Notes: generated by a model not told the origin, from the sequence alone. A stretch of DNA of 64,000 nucleotides from an uncultured Methanosarcinales archaeon (GCA_964637115.1 CAZWVL010000008.1:10268-74267); one strand, 5' to 3'. Counted from the first letter of the stretch, positions 9,692 to 19,151 are shown. Translations and numbers: made by a program.

Positions 9692-10135
9692 TTAAATGTT
9701 TTGTTTCTTAGGTATGTATTCCCGTACCAAGATGAGTACGACTGCTATTGAAACAGCAGTATCAGCGACGTTAAACGCAGGCCAGAAATGAAAGTCAATG
9801 AAGTCAAGAACAGCACCGTACAATATACGGTCCAGCAGATTGCCTAAAGCGCCACCGAGAATAAGGCCGAGAATTGGCTGCAGTTCTTTCCCAAAAGTTT
9901 TGTGCTTCAGTATAATATAGACACTGACCGCAGAAGCAAATATGATGAAAAACCACGACGCGCTTTTGAACAAGCCAAAAGCAGTGCCAGTGTTCAATAC
10001 GTGAGATATTGAGATGATTGGAAAATCAATTGAAGAGTTCAAAGGAACATATTTTGCAACAAGAAATTTTGTTATTCTGTCGAGAATAAATATCGCGACT
10101 GCAATACTCCAGAAACCTAAATACTTGCGCGCCAT
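9692..10135 (-). CDS. lspA: Lipoprotein signal peptidase (signal peptidase II)
   Basis: DRITK, NTGTAFG, GGALGNLLDR, VLDFI, WPAFNVAD with both catalytic Asp positions. Confidence 0.92.
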   Translation of the reverse strand: MARKYLGFWSIAVAIFILDRITKFLVAKYVPLNSSIDFPIISISHVLNTGTAFGLFKSASWFFIIFASAVSVYIILKHKTFGKELQPILGLILGGALGNLLDRILYGAVLDFIDFHFWPAFNVADTAVSIAVVLILVREYIPKKQNI

Positions 10136-10497
10136 CTCTGCTGATACGGACGTTCTTCGCCGCGCTCCAATCTTTCAAGTCGCTGCAGTACTGTTTCCAA
10201 CTGAGCCTTAATCGTGTCAAGCTTTGAAGAAATCAACTGCAACTGCTGCTCTGTAGACATTGTCGCCTGAAATTGCTGCTGCTGGCCGAATGACTGCGGC
10301 ATGAACGGCTGCTGTTGATCTACAGGAGGCTCGGTAAGTCCTGCCATAGGTCTTGGCATTCCCATCTGCTCCATCCCTGCAGGCATTTGCGACTCTGACT
10401 GTGAAATTTCAGGAGCTCTCGGATACTCAGGCACTTCTTCCTCTTTCTTCCAGAACTTCAATTTATCCATGAAAGCCATACGATAAAAGAATTCCAA
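10117..10497 (-). CDS. Hypothetical protein, low-complexity linker plus C-terminal coiled coil
   Basis: MDKLKFWKK start, Q/P/M-rich linker, LQLISSKLDTIKAQLETVLQRLERLE heptads. Confidence 0.65.
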   Translation of the reverse strand: MEFFYRMAFMDKLKFWKKEEEVPEYPRAPEISQSESQMPAGMEQMGMPRPMAGLTEPPVDQQQPFMPQSFGQQQQFQATMSTEQQLQLISSKLDTIKAQLETVLQRLERLERGEERPYQQRWRASI

Positions 10498-10524
10498 AGA
10501 TGTTATAAATGTTGTGCTGAAGAA

Positions 10525-11187
10525 TTAAAGAGGCAGAGGAAGCCCAGGTCCCAAATTAATATCATCCAGCTCGGCAGCACGCTGAATTTTCCTTTCTGCA
10601 AGATAACCTTCATACTTTGCTTTCAACACATCAAAAATTTGTCTTACACAAATTTTAACCGTGTTTCTTGTGGCACGAATTTGCCCGCAAGGATCATGAA
10701 TATGATCAAATTCTTTCAGAAACACTGCTGAACGACTAGCAAGTTCATCCCTAATTCTATCCGGCAGTGATACGCCATTAAGTCTTTCACTCAATGGGCT
10801 TATGTATTGCCGCACGTTACGTACGTGAGAAATATTGTCGATATGCTCTACTTCGCGCTCATAAAGAACTTCGCCGTGATAAGGATTCATTGGATTAATT
10901 ATACGACGGCCTTCAGTCATCATTTCTGAATACAGCGCAGCTGGAGACATTTTTCCATCAAACATTGCTGTCTGCTTATTGCTTGCAGAACAGGTGAAAC
11001 CCGCAGCAACACCAAGAATCTCAGCAGGATTCATAACTGCCATAAGACTACCGTTCACAGGCCCAAGTCCGCGATAGACTGCACTTAAAAAACTGTGACT
11101 GGGATTACGGTATAGTTGCGTTTCCTCTGCCAATACCTGCTGACTGATGCCTTTTGCAGTAAAGCCGAATAATCTTAATGGTGCCAT
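10525..11187 (-). CDS. Hypothetical protein (220 aa)
   Basis: Long ORF with a TTTATATA box upstream; no recognised motif. Confidence 0.6.
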   Translation of the reverse strand: MAPLRLFGFTAKGISQQVLAEETQLYRNPSHSFLSAVYRGLGPVNGSLMAVMNPAEILGVAAGFTCSASNKQTAMFDGKMSPAALYSEMMTEGRRIINPMNPYHGEVLYEREVEHIDNISHVRNVRQYISPLSERLNGVSLPDRIRDELASRSAVFLKEFDHIHDPCGQIRATRNTVKICVRQIFDVLKAKYEGYLAERKIQRAAELDDINLGPGLPLPL

Positions 11188-11277
11188 AGTACTATTAGGT
11201 GAAGCAACACTATATAAATTTAACTACTTCTTGGTGACTATATTATATATTTAAGCAAGCAGGTATCTGCCATATGC

Positions 11278-12063
11278 ATGCGGGTGGATAACTTTAGCTT
11301 ACAGCACACATTAGACTCAGGACAGTTCTTCAGATATAATAAAGACGGAGATTGGTATGTCTGCCAGGAAAGAAACAAGCTGTTCAAGATACGGCAGAAA
11401 GGAAATGAATTGGAGTTCACAGGAACAGATGCAGGGCACATCAAAAGATTATTTGGACTAAACCAGCACTACGACACAATAATAGAATTATTATCAAGCG
11501 ACAAAACACTACTGCCCGCAATCAAAAAATACCACGGTTTGCGGGTAATGCAGCGAGACCCTTGGGAAACGCTTGTCAGCTTCCAGTGCAGCATATTCAG
11601 CAACATCAAAAAAATAAAACTGAACATGAACTGTCTGGCTAAAGAATTTGGAGTGAATAAAGGGCATTACACCTTCCCAGGGCCTGGAAAACTAAATAAT
11701 TTAGACAAAATCAAGAAATGCGCAACGGGATTCAGGGCGAAGTACATTTTTGCAGCAAATACAATGGTAAATGATGCTTATTTTGAGAAGTTGAAAAAGA
11801 AAAAATACGAAGACGCAAAAATAGAATTAATGGAGCTTCCAGGAGTTGCAGAAAAAGTCGCAGATTGTATTTGTCTGTTTGCTTTAGACAAAACGGAAGC
11901 GTTCCCAGTTGACGTATGGATAGAAAGAATCATGACAAAACTTTATTTTGACGGCAAAAAGACAAAACATAAAGACATACGCACTTTTGCAAAAGACAGA
12001 TGGGGCAAGTTAGCAGGATACGCACAGCAGTTTTTGTACCATTGGGGACGGATGAATGATTAA
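11278..12063 (+). CDS. ogg: 8-oxoguanine DNA glycosylase (Ogg1-like, HhH-GPD)
   Basis: TLDSGQFFR, GLRVMQRDPWETLVSF, LPGVAEKVADCICLF, FPVDVW, AGYAQQFLY. Confidence 0.85.
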   Translation: MRVDNFSLQHTLDSGQFFRYNKDGDWYVCQERNKLFKIRQKGNELEFTGTDAGHIKRLFGLNQHYDTIIELLSSDKTLLPAIKKYHGLRVMQRDPWETLVSFQCSIFSNIKKIKLNMNCLAKEFGVNKGHYTFPGPGKLNNLDKIKKCATGFRAKYIFAANTMVNDAYFEKLKKKKYEDAKIELMELPGVAEKVADCICLFALDKTEAFPVDVWIERIMTKLYFDGKKTKHKDIRTFAKDRWGKLAGYAQQFLYHWGRMND

Positions 12064-12706
12064 ACACTCGGAAATCGACAAAGTACTGAACATTCTTGTA
12101 AAAGAACAAGGAACGAGCACAATGCTCGGCAGAATGGGAAAAAAATACGAACCTTTCAAAGTGCTGATTTCTACAATCCTGAGCGCGCGTGCGAAAGACG
12201 AAGTAACTGAAATAATTTCTGAGAAACTTTTTGAGAAATATCCGACTGCAGAGAAATTGGCACGGGCAGATAAGAAAGATATCATCAATATAATTAGACG
12301 GATTGGATTTTATAATGCCAAGTCGAAAAATATTATTAATACAGCGAAAATGCTGCTGGAAAAGTTTGACGGAAAAGTGCCGGATACGCTTGAACAGTTG
12401 ATTGAGCTACCGGGTGTAGGAAGGAAAGTGGCGAATTGTGTTTTAGTGTATTCGTTCAAGAAAGACGCCATACCAGTGGACACTCACTGCCACAGAATTC
12501 CAAACAGACTTGGATGGATTAAAACTAAAACTCCTGAAGAAACCGAACAGAAGCTTATGAAAATTGTGCCAAGAAAGCACTGGACCGCTTTTAATGATAC
12601 TTTTGTATCACACGGCAAAACAATCTGCGTACCGATATCACCATTCTGCTCAAGATGCCCTATCTATAAGTACTGCAAGCGGGTTGGAGTGAAACGCCAT
12701 CGCTGA
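12056..12706 (+). CDS. nth: Endonuclease III
   Basis: LPGVGRKVAN HhH, IPVDTH, C-terminal CxxxxxxCxxCxxxxxC Fe-S motif. Confidence 0.93.
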   Translation: MIKHSEIDKVLNILVKEQGTSTMLGRMGKKYEPFKVLISTILSARAKDEVTEIISEKLFEKYPTAEKLARADKKDIINIIRRIGFYNAKSKNIINTAKMLLEKFDGKVPDTLEQLIELPGVGRKVANCVLVYSFKKDAIPVDTHCHRIPNRLGWIKTKTPEETEQKLMKIVPRKHWTAFNDTFVSHGKTICVPISPFCSRCPIYKYCKRVGVKRHR

Positions 12707-12725
12707 CATAAACAAAGTAGCGGCA

Positions 12726-13100
12726 TTGTGCATCAGAGACAAGAAACTGCTCATCGTGCACAAGAAAAACGTCGGCTACATATCATTAGGTGGCAAAATA
12801 AATCCAGGAGAAAGTGATGAACAGTGCCTTGAACGCGAAATAAAAGAGGAAATCGGCTGCACAATGAAAAATCCGCGACACTTCGCCACATTTGAAGGAC
12901 CAACACACGATTTCAAGCAAACGCTAAGAATGGTCTGCTACTTCTGCGACATCGAAGGAGAAATACAACTAAATCCAAACGACAATGTTGACGGTTACCG
13001 CTGGATTAGCAAAGAAGACTACAAACAAATAGAAAACGAACTCGCACACATGCTAAAAGCAAATATCATACCGGCACTCATAACAAAGGGACTCCTCTAA
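12726..13100 (+). CDS. NUDIX hydrolase
   Basis: Nudix box GGKINPGESDEQCLEREIKEEIG; start position uncertain. Confidence 0.85.
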   Translation: MCIRDKKLLIVHKKNVGYISLGGKINPGESDEQCLEREIKEEIGCTMKNPRHFATFEGPTHDFKQTLRMVCYFCDIEGEIQLNPNDNVDGYRWISKEDYKQIENELAHMLKANIIPALITKGLL

Positions 13101-13139
13101 TCACAAATAATTTAAACAACACATTGCAAACTAAAACCA

Positions 13140-13709
13140 ATGGTAAACATGATTAAAGTGCTTATTGCTGTTACCATACTCATACTCATAATTAGCATCG
13201 GCATGCTTGGCAAAAAACTGATAAGAGCGCTCATCTTCAAGACGGCAAAAACAGAAAGCAACGAAAGCATCGTGCTTGAATGGGTAACGGGCATTCTTGT
13301 TGTCGGATTATCATTCGCATACTATCTCAACCAACAACCAGAATCCGACATCACAATGTGGATAGGAGTTGTTGTCTACTTTTTAGGCTGGATGCTGCAA
13401 TTATTCGCACGCAGACAATTATACGACGACAAAAGCTTTGAAGAACGCCTGAAATCAGGATTTGAAGCAGCACAAATGGGATTATACGCAAAAATAAGGC
13501 ACCCAAGCAAGGCAGCATTATTGCTAATCATGATAGGATTGTGCTTTGCACTAGGCAGCATCTGGGCATTAGCAGTCCTATTGTTCCTATTCTTCCCAAG
13601 TATATTATATAGGATCAGCCAGGAAGAAAGAGCATTAATGGACCAATTCGGAGACAGATGGATGTCATACAAAGAAGACACTAAACGAATCATACCCGGA
13701 GTATTCTGA
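13140..13709 (+). CDS. ICMT/PEMT-family membrane methyltransferase
   Basis: Multi-TM with GLYAKIRHP and RISQEERAL...FG motifs. Confidence 0.8.
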   Translation: MVNMIKVLIAVTILILIISIGMLGKKLIRALIFKTAKTESNESIVLEWVTGILVVGLSFAYYLNQQPESDITMWIGVVVYFLGWMLQLFARRQLYDDKSFEERLKSGFEAAQMGLYAKIRHPSKAALLLIMIGLCFALGSIWALAVLLFLFFPSILYRISQEERALMDQFGDRWMSYKEDTKRIIPGVF

Positions 13710-14647
13710 TGAAACAGAAAAAAGAGGAATGGACGGGCAACAGAATTTTGCGCACGACCTGGAAAATAGTCAGCATGGGAATCAGCATAATATTGCTATT
13801 CTTTTTCGGCACAATATTTTTCAGCTTCTTCAGCTCATTAATACCAGAGACACTTTCAATCGGTAATGTAGCAGTGATACCAATTGAAGGACTGATAAGC
13901 ACTGATGGAGACAATTGGATGCCATCAATCAAAAGTGCAAACATTGTCGAACAAATAGAAAAAGCGGACAAAAATACTGAGATAAAAGCGATATTACTAG
14001 AAATAAACAGCCCCGGCGGAACACCAGTTGCAACAGACGAAATTGCCAATGCAGTAAAGTCTGCCAATAAGACAACAATAGCAGTCATCAGGGAAACAGG
14101 AGCGTCAGGAGCATACTGGATTGCAACAGCGGCAGACAAGATTTTCGCGAACAGGATGAGCATAACAGGAAGCATAGGAGTACAGGCCAGCAAACTCGAA
14201 TATTATGGACTGCTGGCAGATTATAACGTCACGTACCGCAAACTAACCGCAGGACGACTGAAAGATGCAGGAACACCGTTCAGAGAAATGACGCCAGAAG
14301 AACAAACACTGTTCCAACAACTGCTTGACGGCCTGCACAATGAATTCATCAAAACAGTAGCAGAAAACAGACACTTGCCTGAAGCAAAAGTTAGGGAGCT
14401 TGCAACAGGATTTGTTTATTTGGGAAGCGAAGCAAAAGAACTAGGACTTGTAGATGAACTCGGCGGGAAAAAAGACGCTCTCAAGTATCTTGAGAAGACG
14501 CTGAACATAACTGCAGAGCCAGTCGAGTACAAAGAGAGAAAAACATTCTTTGAAGAACTATCCGGATTAACATCAAACAACTTCTACCAGATAGGAAGAG
14601 GAATTGGAAGCGTGTTTACTTCAGAAACAAAAGTCTCATTCACGTAA
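13709..14647 (+). CDS. sppA: Signal peptide peptidase SppA
   Basis: INSPGG, ASGAYWIA, ITGSIGV, KDAG, GLVDELGG. Confidence 0.92.
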   Translation: MKQKKEEWTGNRILRTTWKIVSMGISIILLFFFGTIFFSFFSSLIPETLSIGNVAVIPIEGLISTDGDNWMPSIKSANIVEQIEKADKNTEIKAILLEINSPGGTPVATDEIANAVKSANKTTIAVIRETGASGAYWIATAADKIFANRMSITGSIGVQASKLEYYGLLADYNVTYRKLTAGRLKDAGTPFREMTPEEQTLFQQLLDGLHNEFIKTVAENRHLPEAKVRELATGFVYLGSEAKELGLVDELGGKKDALKYLEKTLNITAEPVEYKERKTFFEELSGLTSNNFYQIGRGIGSVFTSETKVSFT

Positions 14648-15064
14648 ATCTGCTTTCATTCCAACCCGAATATTTTTCTTCTCAGCAGCGCCTGCATTCA
14701 ATTCAAGAACATACTTTGCAGGCTTTTCAGACGGATAAGTAGGACACGGATCAGCCTTGCACGGCAAGACATTGGCTTTAACTTCAACAACCATCATATT
14801 GCCGTCAAGAAAAATCATGTCCAGCGGAATTAATGTATTCTTCATCCAGAATGTTTTTGAAGATTCTTCATTAAAGATGAACAACATGCCGTGATTTTCA
14901 GGCATTGACTCACGAAACATCAAACCTTTACTCTGTTCTGCAGGAGTACGGGCAATCTCAATTTCAAAAGAAACGCCATTGTCGAATGTAACCATTGGTA
15001 TTGATGCGCACGCGGCTAACAACAACAAAAAAATTATTTCTTTAATCCCATGCTGCTTTTCCAA
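14636..15064 (-). CDS. DUF192 family lipoprotein
   Basis: EIARTPAEQSKGLMFR, GMLF, FWMKNT.IPLDMIF, YVLELNAG; lipobox LAAC. Confidence 0.85.
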   Translation of the reverse strand: MEKQHGIKEIIFLLLLAACASIPMVTFDNGVSFEIEIARTPAEQSKGLMFRESMPENHGMLFIFNEESSKTFWMKNTLIPLDMIFLDGNMMVVEVKANVLPCKADPCPTYPSEKPAKYVLELNAGAAEKKNIRVGMKADLRE

Positions 15065-15732
15065 ATCGGCACCTCATACGACATAGGCTCTTTTTCAAGT
15101 TTCAAGATACCAGCATCAATCAAGTCATCAATGTTCACCATATCCTTTGCAGAATCAGGAATTCTAGGACAGGCAGTGTTAACCCAATAGTCAATGAAAG
15201 TAAAGTTCTCAAACTCAGACATGTCAAGCTCATCGCAGGCAAAAATAAAGTATTCCTTGTCAGCTTTCTTCTGCAACTCCAATGCACGCATCAAGTTTTT
15301 CTGGCCAATCTTTGTCGTAACAATAATGCCAACCCTCTTTGCGTGCAAAAAATTGTTCAACTGGCCAAGCTTAAGCTTACGCCAATCATCAACACGCTTC
15401 TTGTCCAACAAGCCAAACTCTTTAGCCACAGGATTCCACAAATAAACCGGCTGTGAAGTCATCATTGCAACCTGAACAGGATGAAACTCGCCAGAACCAA
15501 CAAACAGCCATTGGTCAACATCTTTCTTGATTTTTTCAGCAGCAGAAGCATTGCAGCCAAGAACCTGGCCGGCAAGCATAGCGTGCTCCAACTGCTGGAT
15601 AATATCTGCCATCTTATGCTGATGCTGGATTGTAGTCACAACACCCCACCTGCCCTTCGGCAGCTTCTTCAGAACACTTTCCGGCATCCTAACGTCAAGA
15701 TTGCTCTTGGCATGAACGTGCATCAGTTTCAT
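15034..15732 (-). CDS. dph2: Diphthamide biosynthesis Dph2-like protein, lacking the N-terminal domain
   Basis: TTIQH, GQVLGC, FVGSGEFH, TTKIGQ, NTACPRI. Confidence 0.8.
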   Translation of the reverse strand: MKLMHVHAKSNLDVRMPESVLKKLPKGRWGVVTTIQHQHKMADIIQQLEHAMLAGQVLGCNASAAEKIKKDVDQWLFVGSGEFHPVQVAMMTSQPVYLWNPVAKEFGLLDKKRVDDWRKLKLGQLNNFLHAKRVGIIVTTKIGQKNLMRALELQKKADKEYFIFACDELDMSEFENFTFIDYWVNTACPRIPDSAKDMVNIDDLIDAGILKLEKEPMSYEVPIWKSSMGLKK

Positions 15733-15849
15733 AACAAAGAAATCGACGAGAGTCTTTTAAAAAGGTTTCGACAGTAAGTTCAAACTATCCTGAAAGGCAC
15801 GACTTTAGGACTGGATAAAAAGGTAGGACTTCTTGATGGTGTTCAAGTC

Positions 15850-17121
15850 TTAGTCAGGACTAAATCCCGCTTTCACGGCGCTCGCATTCTGGTCCTGTTT
15901 GTAATATGACGTCATCTGTTTTTTCCATCTATCAAATTCTGCCCAGGTCATGGCGCGATTTTCTGGCGCTATGCCAAGCTTGGCGCATGCCCATTCGTAG
16001 AGCCTGATAAAAACACGATAGTTACGACTCTCTGTTTGCTTATCTACCCAATATTTAGTGCTCATTATGTGTTCGGAAGGATAACTTTCCACACGAACGA
16101 TATCCTGCTTGCTACTCATTAGATTGTTTAATTCATTGATTGGAAATCTTTGTGTTCCTATGATTATATCGGGCATTTTTTTGCCCTCGTTTTTGAGAAG
16201 TCCAAGTCCGATTGTGAAAAACATAAGCCTACCGATGTAATAGGTCGTGTGTGGATTGGCGACACCAAGGTGATCATAGTAGTATTGTTCTGCCTTTTTT
16301 GTTTTGGTTATATGCGAGAGTGCTTCCATGTGCGCTTTGAATTCATTTATCCATACTTTATTGAAGTCAACGAGACGAACATATTGTTTGTCCAAAAATT
16401 CACCCCCTCCTTCGCTGAGAAGTTCGAACATGCTTGCGTAAAGCGTAATGATTGCTGGATTGGCCAGTTTTTCCCCTAATGCTTTGAGCTTGTTTCTGAA
16501 TTTTTCTTCAAATGCAAATGCACCTTTTACATTCTCATAATGGTGCTGACCAATTTCGTGGAAGAAATACTTGTAAACCGTTGGGTAGTCAAATTTGCCG
16601 AGATAATAGAATGGTCCGACGATACGTTCAACGACCCATAAACCATTGAAGTAGACGTAAACCTCTTTTATGTTTGAAAGGTCTTGCTTGTAGTCTCCGT
16701 ACCAGTCGCGATATTCGGCTTTCGGTGGTCGTATTATGTGTATGTGCATGTGAAAATCATCGTCTGTTACAGCGTGGGACGCGTCTCGAAGGGCTGCTTG
16801 AATGGAAATAAAAAGCATTCTTGAAGAGATGTCGATAAAGTCTTTCCATGTTGGTGCAGGTTTTTGCCCAAGAAGTTGAGTAATTTTGCTGTAGATTTTG
16901 TACTCCTTTTCATATGTCCCAGTTTTCATGTCAAGATAGGTTTCTTCTCTTTCTGGTTCTTTTAGGTGGTGTGAAACAAATAGTTGCCAATCTGATGCGA
17001 AATCCTGCGGGCGATAGCTGCGCACGTCTTCAGCCTCATATCCTGTTTGACCATACGTGATTGTAACAGTGACTTTTTTATCGTGCACGGGAAAAGTTGT
17101 AGTTCTGGTCTCAACTGGCAT
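15850..17121 (-). CDS. Putative zinc metallopeptidase (gluzincin-like)
   Basis: FFHEIGQHH motif, downstream SEGGGEF and YYIGRLMF. Confidence 0.5.
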   Translation of the reverse strand: MPVETRTTTFPVHDKKVTVTITYGQTGYEAEDVRSYRPQDFASDWQLFVSHHLKEPEREETYLDMKTGTYEKEYKIYSKITQLLGQKPAPTWKDFIDISSRMLFISIQAALRDASHAVTDDDFHMHIHIIRPPKAEYRDWYGDYKQDLSNIKEVYVYFNGLWVVERIVGPFYYLGKFDYPTVYKYFFHEIGQHHYENVKGAFAFEEKFRNKLKALGEKLANPAIITLYASMFELLSEGGGEFLDKQYVRLVDFNKVWINEFKAHMEALSHITKTKKAEQYYYDHLGVANPHTTYYIGRLMFFTIGLGLLKNEGKKMPDIIIGTQRFPINELNNLMSSKQDIVRVESYPSEHIMSTKYWVDKQTESRNYRVFIRLYEWACAKLGIAPENRAMTWAEFDRWKKQMTSYYKQDQNASAVKAGFSPD

Positions 17122-17302
17122 ATATGATTTAAGTCTCCACCTTTCTTTTTAAATATTCTCAAGATACAGAAGAATCCTTCACCTTCTTGAACAGTTCGAA
17201 AAGGTCGACTATAAAAAGAGTTTTTAGGACTGTAGGAAAAGGCGAGAGATTTATTTGTTTAATAGTTGTTAGTTTCAATCGGAAGAAAGGGCTAATCTAA
17301 TT

Positions 17303-18215
17303 GGGCAAGTTTACAAACTTTTTTATACATAGTTCATATAACCTAAAACATGAACGAAAATAGAAAATCTGGATACGTTGCAGGGGGAATATTTTTATTA
17401 GTTGGTATTCTTATTACTGTTGTAGGATTTGATTCAGGTTGGAATTCTGGAAAAATTACAATTATCGTTGGTGTCTTTTTCACTCTGCTTGGTATTGGGG
17501 GAATTTGGAAACCAGACATTATAGGTCAACCACTTGCTCACTATCTTAAACAAGTTGCTGAGAACCAGAAATCTGAATCAATTTCGCAGAATCAGAAAAA
17601 AACTAAAAATAGCACTCAGGCAATAGCAAAAGATCATTCTAATGTAACTGTACAAAATAACTATTATAAATCTGATCTTCCAGAAGAAAAAACATCAGAT
17701 GAAAAAAAAGAATTAATAAAAGAGATTGGTCAAGAGTTAACAAAAGAAAAATTATCTAACACACTAATAAAGTGTATACGATTGGCTAATTTAATTAATT
17801 CTAAAAAAGATGTTTTTTGGCTTGAGAATGAAGCTCAAGGATTTGATGAGAGGACTCGTGGGAAAATTAAAGATGAAGAAATACCAGATTATAGAATTAT
17901 AAATACAGAGATTAGATTAGCAAGTACCGCAGATATTGGTTATACCCCTCTTAATTATAAATTAACTTTAGGTAGCCCAATATTTCAAATAGAAGAATGG
18001 ATAGAATCTTATAATAAAACAACTTCTCCTGGTGAAATGATATTGACAGCTCCAATGACCGAAGCATTTAAAAAAATATATAGAGAATCTTTTCAGAAAA
18101 ACCCTCCATCTGAGAAAATACCGTATATCATTTCAATAAGTGAATTAAAAAAGATTTTAAATGGAGTAAAATTAAGAATAAATACGTTTATTTCTTCAAT
18201 AAAGTAAACTTGCCC
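17303..18215. repeat. 12-bp perfect inverted repeat pair flanking the AbiTii-like gene
   Basis: GGGCAAGTTTAC at 17303-17314 and GTAAACTTGCCC at 18204-18215. Confidence 0.8.
17350..18207 (+). CDS. Two-TM protein with AbiTii-like C-terminal domain
   Basis: LSNTLIKCIRLANLIN...WLENEAQGF...IPDYRII fits the AbiTii pattern; two N-terminal TM helices. Confidence 0.6.
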   Translation: MNENRKSGYVAGGIFLLVGILITVVGFDSGWNSGKITIIVGVFFTLLGIGGIWKPDIIGQPLAHYLKQVAENQKSESISQNQKKTKNSTQAIAKDHSNVTVQNNYYKSDLPEEKTSDEKKELIKEIGQELTKEKLSNTLIKCIRLANLINSKKDVFWLENEAQGFDERTRGKIKDEEIPDYRIINTEIRLASTADIGYTPLNYKLTLGSPIFQIEEWIESYNKTTSPGEMILTAPMTEAFKKIYRESFQKNPPSEKIPYIISISELKKILNGVKLRINTFISSIK

Positions 18216-18316
18216 TTAATTCTTGTTCTTTATGTATCGCATTCGCTTATTGAATAGAATGCTCTTTCTCTCGACTCTGCGGACGCAGGTTTTCGGAACT
18301 TCGTAACCGAAAACTA

Positions 18317-18436
18317 AACTAACAGGAATTTAACGGTTCGGAACGACCGCTTCGCTATTTTGCCAAGCAAAATTTGTCCCTCGCCCAAATTTGCTCCGCT
18401 ACGCTCCGCAAACTTCGTTAAATTCCGGCGTTATAT
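18317..18436 (-). repeat. attC-like imperfect palindrome (120 bp)
   Basis: Minus strand ATATAAC-GCC-GGAATTTAACG...CGTTAAATTCC-T-GTTAGTT, starting 10 nt after the stop of the NERD gene. Confidence 0.6.
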
Positions 18437-18446
18437 TTCAATTCGC

Positions 18447-19151
18447 CTACGCCTGCTTTAATAGAATTTTTGCTACTTTTTCTAATTCTTGAGAAGAGAA
18501 TTTAATCTTTGATTCTTTATTTTGTATGTAATTACCTAATTGATCGACTTTTAAAACAGGAACAGTTGGATTATCACAATGCAAAATTACATTATCGTGT
18601 GTAAAAACCACTATTCCATCTACCCATATTCTTAATGACTTACTAAATATGTTTTTTGACTCAACATATTGCTTTAATTTCAAAGCATTGCCTTTAACTT
18701 GTTTACTTGGACTTTTTATTTCGTGTTCTTCAGGGATTTTCCAGGTGTCTTTATATTGATACCAATTATCTCCCTCACATCTAAGTTCTCCTTCAAAATT
18801 TTTTGTTTCTATAACAAAGATTCCATTACTGCCTAAAACTATATGGTCAATGTTACCATAACCATCTGGTAAATTGACATCATTAATGAGGTAATAAGAA
18901 TCTGGCAAATTTTGAAGGGATTCTATGGTTATCTGTTCGCCTTGTAGACCTCTACTATAATTCATATAAAATTTAAAGAAAAATCCCCCAACCAATAACG
19001 AAATAACAAAAATATAAATTAGCGTAAAGTTCGTAATCAAAAATGAAATTAAAATCCCTACTCCCCCAATAGAAAAAAACATACTTGAAATATTTCTATA
19101 TAATTTTGCTTTGTCTTCTAAATACGTTCCTGTTTCTTGTAAATTTTTCAT
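18447..19151 (-). CDS. NERD domain nuclease-related membrane protein
   Basis: GLQGE, NDVNL...NIDHIVLGSNGIFVIETKN, SPSKQ; two N-terminal TM helices. Confidence 0.88.
   Translation of the reverse strand: MKNLQETGTYLEDKAKLYRNISSMFFSIGGVGILISFLITNFTLIYIFVISLLVGGFFFKFYMNYSRGLQGEQITIESLQNLPDSYYLINDVNLPDGYGNIDHIVLGSNGIFVIETKNFEGELRCEGDNWYQYKDTWKIPEEHEIKSPSKQVKGNALKLKQYVESKNIFSKSLRIWVDGIVVFTHDNVILHCDNPTVPVLKVDQLGNYIQNKESKIKFSSQELEKVAKILLKQA

Noticed and set aside
11278-13100. Ogg-Nth-NUDIX cluster as a novel system
   Set aside because: An ordinary oxidative-damage repair grouping.
17191-17202. Island direct repeat as a tRNA-derived att site
   Set aside because: Only CAGTTCGAA (9 bp) matches the tRNA-Val T-arm, and no tRNA is adjacent to the island.
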